A stretch of DNA of 64,000 bases from Candidatus Latescibacterota bacterium. Its GTDB lineage: Bacteria; Latescibacterota; UBA2968; GCA-2709665. Location: the NCBI GenBank assembly GCA_965205485.1, contig OZ242180.1, positions 1,200,535 to 1,264,534 of the forward strand, written 5' to 3'. Below, piece after piece: positions 9,547 to 18,100 of this stretch. The notes under the pieces were generated by a model. The model was not told where the DNA came from. It was given only the letters and a program-made list of their open reading frames with translations, and did no database searches. Position numbers and translations under genes: made by a program. The first letter of the stretch is position 1, and the number at the start of each line of letters is the position of its first letter.

Positions 9547-10749
9547 TCAGGGCAGGCTGACAATCGTCCAGACGTTGCCGCTTCGGGTCAGATGCAGCCT
9601 GTTCAGTCGGACAGTGCCGCCGCTGAACCGCGTATTGCCCAACCGTATCCCTCCGATATTGCCGTCCACAACCAAAACGCTCGCGTCGTTACGAAGCGTG
9701 TATCCTGAACCCTGACATCCTTCTCCCGGTCTCATCGTCAACCCAACCGTGCACGTCTGGCTGGCGCCACCGCCACCGCCGGATCCCGTCACGGTCACAT
9801 CGATCGTCCGTTCGGCACTCAAGCTGCCGGGGTCGGTCGCCGTGACGGTCACCGTCGCGTCCCCGGCCGACCTCGGCGTTATCTCCAATGTCGAATCCGT
9901 AACACTCACTGCCGCCACCGAGGTATCACTGGAAACCGCCGAATAAGTCAACGCGTCGCCGTCAGGATCGCTGAAACCGTGAGACAGGTCCACCGATGCG
10001 GCCGCGCCGCCTGCTGCCAGGGTCTGTGCGGGGATGTCGGCGGCGGCCACAGGCGCTCCGTTCTCTCGCTCAACGATCTGAAACTCGCCACGCAGGGTCA
10101 GTGGCGCGGAACCCGCCTCGGTATAGGTGCTGACGAACGTGCCCGACGTCGTCGATGTGAACGTCAGTTGGATCACGACCTTCTCCCTTTCAGGGTCGTT
10201 TCCCGTCACATCGTAGGTGTACGTAACCGTCCCGGTATTCGGGCCGGTATTGACGTAACGGTAACTGCCCTCGTGGGCGACGCCATCCTCGATTTCCCGT
10301 ATTCGTCCCGGGGACAGGAAGATCAGCCTGAGGCCGGTGGCGGGCGTAACCTGCCTGCCAACCGCGAAACGGTCGAAGGCATTCCGGTCCGCCGGCGCAA
10401 AGCCGGAAGGCGTCGATTCGACCGTCTTGCCAAAATCGGCGGCAAACGCGACAAAGTCCGGGAACCCGATAGCGCCATCGCCATCCAGGTCGAACCGGGC
10501 ATCGAACCCTGCGTCGCCCTGTTGGGACCCGAACACGCTCGCGAATGCCAGGAAATCGGAGAATCCAACAGTCCCGTCACCGTCGAAGTCGGGAGACGGG
10601 ACGCCAACGTCTCTCTGGTTACCCGCCCCCGCATCGACAATCAGATCAAGTGACAACACGGCGTTTGCATTCGAACCGGCGATCGCGTAGTCCAACGTTA
10701 TCAGCACACCCAGGACGGCGATCCACTTTATGCCATTTCTCGTAAACAT
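9547..10749 (-). CDS. Secreted protein: N-terminal dockerin-like module, Ig-like domain, conserved C-terminal Cys domain
   Basis: - AGGAGG lies 7 nt upstream of the ATG at 10749.
- Signal peptide, then SPDFDGDGTVGFSDFLAFASVFG...DLDGDGAIGFPDFVAFAADFG.
- Ig-like segment SDPDGDALTYSAVSSDTSVAAVSV...ATVTVTATD.
- C-terminal CTVGLTMRPGEGCQGSGYTL...SGNVWTIVSLP. Confidence 0.75.
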   Translation of the reverse strand: MFTRNGIKWIAVLGVLITLDYAIAGSNANAVLSLDLIVDAGAGNQRDVGVPSPDFDGDGTVGFSDFLAFASVFGSQQGDAGFDARFDLDGDGAIGFPDFVAFAADFGKTVESTPSGFAPADRNAFDRFAVGRQVTPATGLRLIFLSPGRIREIEDGVAHEGSYRYVNTGPNTGTVTYTYDVTGNDPEREKVVIQLTFTSTTSGTFVSTYTEAGSAPLTLRGEFQIVERENGAPVAAADIPAQTLAAGGAAASVDLSHGFSDPDGDALTYSAVSSDTSVAAVSVTDSTLEITPRSAGDATVTVTATDPGSLSAERTIDVTVTGSGGGGGASQTCTVGLTMRPGEGCQGSGYTLRNDASVLVVDGNIGGIRLGNTRFSGGTVRLNRLHLTRSGNVWTIVSLP

Positions 10750-11026
10750 TGACGTATCCTCCTGTTGTTTAAGGACACCGGCGCCTTGCCACTGTCGCAT
10801 CGTGCTGAAGTTTCGATTGAATGTGCAGCCATACCTGATACCTGATGGGCCATGCATTACTCACGGGGATCCGGGTCGCGGCGACTTCCGGGTCAGAGTA
10901 TGGTCGGGCGAATAACAGGACTACATATAAAGGCAATATGTGTGCCAATGTGTTTCCATGGCATTGAATGACTGTAAGACATTGATTTTATGTGGGATAA
11001 AAGTGTGGCAAGGTACAACAATAAAA

Positions 11027-11132
11027 AGGCCAGGCCGAATTGCAGGGACGATATATCGACCGACAATTCAGCCTGGCTCGCTTATATTATTGAAAAACAG
11101 TTAGATACAACAGGGTCGATATATCGACCCTG
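11027..11132. promoter_or_regulatory. AT-rich divergent promoter region with two copies of the palindrome CAGGG(A/T)CGATATATCGACC
   Basis: gacgatatatcgacc sits at about 11048-11062 inside a 14-bp-arm hairpin (gccaggccgaattg...caattcagcctggc). A perfect palindrome gggtcgatatatcgaccc lies at about 11113-11130. Both are upstream of the minus-strand gene that starts at 10749. Confidence 0.4.
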
Positions 11133-11232
11133 TTCCGGAATTTGGCCCCCTACGGTTGGGTAACGGACTCCGTCATCCCTGCCGGCGACACAGGCCCCGT
11201 GGCCTGATCAGCCGGCAACACAGTTTTATACA

Positions 11233-11442
11233 GTGGAACGATGGGTAGAGGATGGGTTTACGATTCAGTGCCAGTACTCTGTGGACGGCGCGGACCTGAC
11301 GCTCATCTTAGACAAGGAGCGATACCTCAACCTGATCCGGCAGTCCGAGGGTTCGGACGAGATTGAGCCGGAGATACAGGCGCTTCTGGATATTCTGTTC
11401 GGTGGCGACAATACGCTCAGGCTTTTCTACAGCGCTACATAG
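11233..11442 (+). pseudogene. C-terminal fragment of the lipoprotein family (remnant copy)
   Basis: The 69 aa EDGFTIQCQYSVDGADLTLILDKERYLNLIRQSEGSDEIEPEIQALLDILFGGDNTLRLFYSAT is about 88% identical at DNA level to 2761..2949. It has no N-terminal signal or lipobox part. Confidence 0.6.
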
Positions 11443-11611
11443 TGGGTTGAATCCCTGCGCACGTCTCCCTTCCGAACCCCCCCTCAGTTCGCCGGAATGG
11501 TGTAATAAGGCGATGCATTGGGATCACGTGCCGTACTTCCTCCGATGACCAGTTCGAGTCCCGCAGCATGTTCGCGTGCCACGACGTTCGCGCATCTCGG
11601 TGTCCCGGGGT

Positions 11612-12376
11612 TTAGGGGTCATCGGGCCTCGAGGTAAGCGTACCTCGCTTCATTTCGTCGAGCGCGACCCAGTCGCCGTCGAGCCACGCCCTTGGACGGC
11701 GGATGGCTGCGCTTCGAACCTGCCGGGCAAGACAGTGCCGTGCTCTCACTACAAAATCCTCCACGAACATCCCGAAGCGCTTCATCTGTGCACGCCTGGC
11801 GAAGCGTAAAGTGCCCACGAAGCGCCTGCTTTCCGTCGCGAGATCGGTTACGTGCAGGGTGATCGCACTGCCCCCGTTCATCTCCACCTCAGTAACTTCG
11901 AAGCGATATGTCGACTCTACGGTCCATCGATAGTCCAACCTGCACTTTACCCCCGTTCCTTCACCTCCGAAAGGCCCGCACACGACGTCGCTCGCCTTGT
12001 CGATGAGCTTCGCATCGCCAAATCCCGGAGCGTCCCAGACCGAGAGTTGAAGCTGTCGATCGAAACGGTCTCCTCCCCGCTGCAGTCCCGTGTATCCTCC
12101 GTCCCACTGGATTGCTGCGTAAAAGGTACCCGTCGGTTCGGTCAGCGGCGTCATGTCGATCGAGTAACCCGCGCTGGGGTGACTCCGGTTGTGGATCCAG
12201 ATGGTGGCATCTCCTGCGGGAGGATTGGCGGGTGTCGTGGACAGCGTCGCCAGTTCTTTCGTTACGCGGGAGTTTTCGTCTTCCACGGTGATCGATAGTG
12301 TGCCCGCTCCCGGCCAGCCCGCCTCCCAGGTCGTCTGGAAACGCCCAAGGCTGCTTATGCACTTCCAGGAAACCAT
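11612..12376 (-). CDS. DUF3472-like domain protein (hypothetical)
   Basis: The motifs QWDGGYTGLQ, LSVWD, PFGGEGTG, YRWTVESTYRF and FVEDF match the DUF3472 pattern as I remember it. There is no signal peptide. An overlapping frame (11961..12395) suggests a possible N-terminal frameshift. Confidence 0.5.
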   Translation of the reverse strand: MVSWKCISSLGRFQTTWEAGWPGAGTLSITVEDENSRVTKELATLSTTPANPPAGDATIWIHNRSHPSAGYSIDMTPLTEPTGTFYAAIQWDGGYTGLQRGGDRFDRQLQLSVWDAPGFGDAKLIDKASDVVCGPFGGEGTGVKCRLDYRWTVESTYRFEVTEVEMNGGSAITLHVTDLATESRRFVGTLRFARRAQMKRFGMFVEDFVVRARHCLARQVRSAAIRRPRAWLDGDWVALDEMKRGTLTSRPDDP

Positions 12377-12839
12377 CGTCCGCGAGCTCCTTCATTGTCT
12401 CCGCAGGACGTTTCAGACCGATCCAATTACACCAAATAGGAAAACCGTACGTATCCAGCCGGCTTCACGACAACAGGGGCCGGCTGGCCAGAGCCTGTGC
12501 CTGAACTATCGCAATTTTCGACAGTTGGCCGCGCTGTGTTGCCGCAATCCGCGACTTCAAAGAAGCACTTTGCGACGCGATTGCGCGCACGGTTCCGGAT
12601 TTCCCGTGCGTCTCGGCAACGGTTCTTCGAGAATCAAGGCACAGCAGTGATTCGAAAATCATCACCGACACGGGTGCCCTGGAGTCCGTTCAGGTTGAAA
12701 CTCGCGCTGCAAATCCTTCCCGATCCGAACGGCGTATAGTTGTAACAGCCGCCGCCGATACTTCTGAACGACCCTCCGCTGACGGTACAGCTCTGGTTGG
12801 GACGCGAAGCTGGTGGACGCCGTCTGACGACCTCAGTCA

Positions 12840-14900
12840 TTAATCCGCTACGTGAATTGTCCAACTGTTGCTGCCACTGTTTTTCGTGGCGTGAAAGTTC
12901 CACCGTACGCCGTTTATGTTGGCGCCTCTGGCGTCTATACCGGTACCGGCGCTGAAGAACGCGATAGATCCCCTTCCGGAACTGGATACAGAGAAGGTAT
13001 TGCCCTTGTAAGTGCAGGTTTCGCCAGGATTCACGACCAACCCGGCCCTGCAAGCGCCCAGGTTGGACGTGCCGCCGTCGAATTCTACGGTAACGCCTCG
13101 GCGCTGAAGAGTTGGAATGTGCGTGTTGCGCGATGCATTGCTCAAGGGATTACTCTTCAGATTTACTGTATCACCGGTACCCAGGCCCGTGTTTGCCACC
13201 AATGGCGAAACATCCGAGATGTCGTTGTCTTCCAGTCCCAGGATTTCCAGGTTGGTCAAGGTGGACAACGCGGATATGCGAGAGATATCGTTCTGGTTAA
13301 GGTACAGGTATTTAATGCTGGTCAAGTTGGACAGTGCGGAGATGTCTGAAATGCTGTTGTTCCAAAGAACCAGATTCACGAGGTCGGTCAAGTTGGACAG
13401 TGCAGCAACATTCGAGATGCTGTTGTGTTCAAGACCCAGCCGTGTCAGTTTGGTCAAGTTGGACAAGGCGGATATATCAGAGATACTGTTGTAATCCAGA
13501 AACAGCCATGTCAGGTTGGTCAAGGTGGATAGCCCGGATAGATTCGTGATGCTGTTTTCGAAAAGATCCAGATAGAAGAGTCCGGTCAAGTCGGATAACG
13601 CGGAAATATCCGAGATCCCATTCTGGCTGAGTCCCAGCCGCGCCAGGTTGGTCAGGGTGGATAGCCCGGATAGATTCGTGATGCTGTTCTCGTTAAGGAA
13701 CAGGTCTGTCAAGCCGGTCAAGCCGGAGAGGTCGGATATATCCGAGATGCTGTTTCTGTAGAGATCCAGATATGCCAGGTTTGCCAAGCCGGAGACGGGC
13801 GAGAGGTCGGATATATCGTTGCTGTTGACCCACTTCCCCCCTTCTTCCGCCCGCACTCGACCAAGGTTCAGGCCCCGCAAACTGGTGGCATGTTCGAGAC
13901 CCGCAAGGTTACGAATCCCCATATTGGGCGCGTCAATACGTCTCAAGGTCGCCACCTCGGCACGGGTAATCGGCGCATTGGGCGCTTTGCCCAGGCTATC
14001 CGCGATCACCGCACGCAGGTTGTCATCGGGAATGGTCACCGTCTCTCCGTCGCCGGAAGATGTCCCCCCGCCGCCGGAGGGCGGAACCTGACTTCCGAAC
14101 GCGCCGGCGAAGATCAGAAAATCCGAAAAAGCAACGGATCCGTCGCCGTCCAGATCGAACCTCGCCTCATACCGCGCGCCGCCCCGGTTGGACCCGAAAC
14201 TGCCGGCAAATGCCAGGAAATCCGGAAACCCCACAGTCCCATCGCCGTCGAAGTCGGGCGACGGCGCGGTGTTGAACGAGATCTCAATGCTCGTCCTGAG
14301 TACGTCGCTGGACGTTGAACTCTCGGCGAGTGTGACAGACGCGATGCCGATGGAAAACGCCCTTCCCGTTACGTCTGCAACCGTCTCGAACTCCGCGCGC
14401 GCCAGGAATCCCGAAGATGCCAGTGTCGCGGGCGAAGTGGAGGCGAGGGCTGCGCCGACGGATCCCTCGGGCAGCGAAAGGGCAAACGCGCTGTTTTCGG
14501 CTTTGACGAAAGACACGAGAGAGGCATCGAAGTCGAATCTGAGGATGACGCCGCGCAGAGTGGTCGTGACCCCCGTGGCGAAGACTTCAAGGGCGATGGT
14601 CGTGCCGCGTCCCGACACGTTGCCCGTCGTCACCCCGTCGTCCCTCCGGTTGCCCGCCCCGCCGTCAGCGATCAGGTCAAGCGACAAAACCGCATTCACA
14701 TTGTTACCCAGGGCGATTTTCGCGGCGCGTTCCGACATCGTACGTTCGACGGCGTCTGCATCCCCGGCGGTAGCCAACTCACCGCCTTCAATCAGGTCAA
14801 GAGTCAAGATCCCGTCTTCGCTGGACACGACGAGAGCTGCACCTGTTATCACGGAGAAGCCGACAACCGCAATCGACAACAGGCGAAATACAGGATTCAT
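12840..14900 (-). CDS. Secreted protein: cohesin-like beta-sandwich (tentative), dockerin-like module, about 12 leucine-rich repeats, conserved C-terminal Cys domain
   Basis: - Signal peptide.
- TIALEVFATGVTTTLRGVILRFDFDASLVSF resembles a cohesin core.
- Dockerin-like SPDFDGDGTVGFPDFLAFAGSFG...DLDGDGSVAFSDFLIFAGAFG.
- LRR units NLT.L..L.L..N.ISDIS.LS.
- C-terminus CRAGLVVNPGETCTYKGNTF...SNSWTIHVAD, homologous to the C-terminus of 9547..10749. Confidence 0.8.
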   Translation of the reverse strand: MNPVFRLLSIAVVGFSVITGAALVVSSEDGILTLDLIEGGELATAGDADAVERTMSERAAKIALGNNVNAVLSLDLIADGGAGNRRDDGVTTGNVSGRGTTIALEVFATGVTTTLRGVILRFDFDASLVSFVKAENSAFALSLPEGSVGAALASTSPATLASSGFLARAEFETVADVTGRAFSIGIASVTLAESSTSSDVLRTSIEISFNTAPSPDFDGDGTVGFPDFLAFAGSFGSNRGGARYEARFDLDGDGSVAFSDFLIFAGAFGSQVPPSGGGGTSSGDGETVTIPDDNLRAVIADSLGKAPNAPITRAEVATLRRIDAPNMGIRNLAGLEHATSLRGLNLGRVRAEEGGKWVNSNDISDLSPVSGLANLAYLDLYRNSISDISDLSGLTGLTDLFLNENSITNLSGLSTLTNLARLGLSQNGISDISALSDLTGLFYLDLFENSITNLSGLSTLTNLTWLFLDYNSISDISALSNLTKLTRLGLEHNSISNVAALSNLTDLVNLVLWNNSISDISALSNLTSIKYLYLNQNDISRISALSTLTNLEILGLEDNDISDVSPLVANTGLGTGDTVNLKSNPLSNASRNTHIPTLQRRGVTVEFDGGTSNLGACRAGLVVNPGETCTYKGNTFSVSSSGRGSIAFFSAGTGIDARGANINGVRWNFHATKNSGSNSWTIHVAD

Positions 14901-15123
14901 TGCAAGTCCTCCCTTGTATCCGTTTGGATAATTGGCCTGTGGCGCGGTCAGCCGTCAAAACAGGCCCTTACTGCACGCCAAAAAATACTGCCGATGCCCG
15001 TCCCAGTCGAGACGTTCTTGCGTAACCGCCAGACATCGGGATTCGTCGCGGAACCACCCATCTTCAGGTTCTGCACGGAAGATTCGCCAACGACCACCGG
15101 CATTACGTCGTCAGGTTCAACGA

Positions 15124-18100
15124 TCAGTTCAAGCTCTTGCCGAAGTCGGCGGCAAAGATCAAAAAATCGCTGAACCCGATGGTACCGTTGCCGTCCAGAT
15201 CGAAGCGTGCTTCGTATTCCGCATCGCCCTTTTTCGATCCGAACTTCCCGGCGAACTGCACGAAATCCCCGAAGCCTACGGTCCCGTCACCGTCGAAGTC
15301 AGGGTTGGCGACAGACGGTGCGATGTACCTGAAAACATCCCACAGCAGCACGGTACCATCCGATGCGCCCGAGGCCAGGACGTGGCCGTCACCTGAAAAC
15401 GCCACAGAATGGACATGCCCATTGTGCCCTTTCAGATTGGCTATCTGTTCATGTGTCGCCATGTCCCACAGCATCACGGAAAACCAGGTGCCGGAAGCAA
15501 GAACTCCTCCGTCGGACGAAAACGCCACCGAATAAACCCCGAACGGGTTTTTCATCGTGGCGATATCTGTTCTCGTCCGGACGTCCCATATGCGCACGGT
15601 ACCGTCTCCATCGCCCGCCCCCGACGCCAGCGTCTTCCCATCGGACGAAAACGCCACCGAATGCACTGAACTCGTGTGACCTTCCAGAGTCCCAATCTGT
15701 TCCCGCGTCCTCAGATCCCACAGCTTGACGGTGCGGTCCCACGACCCAGAAGCCAGATGAGCACGGTCGGGAGAAAACGTAATGGAAGCGACACGATCCG
15801 TATGCCCTTCAAGCGTGAAGATCCGGCTCCTCTTCGCCGTGTCCCACAGACTTAGCGTTCCGTCTCGCTCCCCTGACGCCAGCATTTTCCCGTCCGTCGA
15901 AAACGCGACTGCCGTGATTTGATCCAAGTGCCCTTCCAGAGTTTCCGTCAATTCTCGCGCCCTCAGGTTCCACAGCTTGACGGTGCGGTCCCACGATCCT
16001 GATGCCAGGAGGGCGCCGTCAGGAGAAAACGACACGGAGCTGACTCTGGCCGTATGCCCCTCCAGGGTGGCGATCCTCGTTCGAGTATCTGCGTCCCACA
16101 GCCTGAGCTTGCCGTCCTTTTGTCCCGAAACCACTGTGACGCCATCGCGCGAGAGCGCCGCCGAGGACAGCGCCAGGTGACCCAACAGCCCGGCTGCATT
16201 GCCCGTCTCCAGGTCTCGCAGCAGCACTGTGCCATCGGCGGCGCCGGAGACAAGGGCGGCGTCATCGAGGGAAAATGCCACCGAATGGACCGCATCCCTG
16301 TGATCTTCGAAGACAGAGATCAAGCCTTCAGTCGCCACGTCCCACAGCCGGACCGTACGGTCGGACGAGCCCGATGCCAGAGTGGCACCGTCGGGAGAAA
16401 ATGAAACGGAGCGCACCGAACCCCCGTGTCCCCTCAGTGTGGCGACCTCGGTTTGTGCTGACACGTCCCATAACCTGACTGTACGGTCCCCTGAACCCGA
16501 CGCCAGGAGCGCGCCGTCAGGAGAAAACGACACCGAAGTGATACGGTCCGCGTGTCCCTCCAGTGCGGCTACTTCCGTCCGGGTCGCCACGTCCCAGAGT
16601 CTGACGGTGCCGTCCTGAAAACCCGAGGCCAGCCGACTCCCGTCCGGCGAGAAGTCCACGGAGAGGAAGAAGAGAATATCATTCTTTGGCTGCACTTCCC
16701 ATGTACCCACCTCGCGCCTCGACTCAACGTCCCATACTTTGATGACCTGTTCCCACGAACCGGAAGCGAGGCGAGATCCATCCGGCGAAAAGACCACAGT
16801 CGTGACGTATCCGGCATGCCTGAGTCTCCCGATTTGCGTGCCGGTTTCCACCGCCCACAACACAACCCCGGTGTATTGCGTTCCGGCCGCAAGGACGCCT
16901 TTTGACGAAATTGCCACCGAGAGTACCGAACGCCCCGTGGGCAGCAGCGAACGAACTCGGGATGTGCCCGCATCATACAGCCACACGCCGATGGCGCTGG
17001 CAACGGCCAGAGTGCGGCCGTCCGGCGAAAGGGCAACTGCACGGTCGCCTTCCCCCATGGCGCCCTTGCCCAGACGCACCGTCGCGGACGCCGGCAGATG
17101 CCAGGTACGGTAGTCTCCATGCAGTTCCGTCACGCCGGCGCCCACGCCCTCGGCGGCAAACGTCCCCATCTCTCGACCGCCAAGGGAAACGACGACGATG
17201 TTCCGACCCGGATGGGGACCTAGAGTAAGGGACGTCCTGGCCCTGCCGTTTGCATCGGTCCTCACGCGTTCAACCTTGAAACGGTTGCTGAGCCTGCCGT
17301 CGCCGACCGTAACCGTGAATGTGACAACCGCATCTGGCATGGGATTGCCGTACTGATCGCGCACTTCCACCACCAGGGGCCGCGGCAGGGCCTCCCCGGA
17401 CGGGCCCTGCTGGCCGGCGCCGGAGACAATCTCCAGCCTGGAAGGCGAAGCGGGCGGCAGCCACACAGGCAGGTTCGCGATCGAGGCTCGCGCAGACGCC
17501 GACGTCGGGACGCCCCACCCCTCGAAGAACGGCCCGAGGTTGCGGCCCACCTGCCGGGAGAAGCGCACCAGCCACTGATCGCGCTTCTCGTCGTCGCTCT
17601 TCGGGCGTTCGGCGTCCGGCAGGGCGCGGTACGTGGCGAATACCTGCCGGAAGGCGTCCCAGCCGAACGCCTGCTGCAACTGGACGTACATGAACAGGGC
17701 GAAAGCCGGCGCTCGTTTCCACTGCTCGAAGTCCGGGTTTTCGTAGTCGTAACGCGCGATCATCTCCCGCGATCGCGCATCGACCCAGCCGTAGTAGCTC
17801 TCGGTGACCGGGATCCCGCACAGGTACTCATACACGTACAGCGTGAACAGGTTGACGACGACTTCGAGGGCGCCGTCGAACGTCCAGTCCCGGCTCTGGT
17901 GGTTGTGACCCACCTCGTGGAAGATGCCCCAGTTGCCCTCCGTTCGCAGGTGCTCCACATCCACCACGTTGGCCTGCTGGTCCAGGTGCGCCATGATGGG
18001 GTACCCGGAAAGCATGTGCCCACGGCTGATCTGCCGATCCACGACGAACCGCTCCCGTCTCAAGCGGGCGGGCGTGGGCCAGGCGGCCAGTTCCGCGCTC

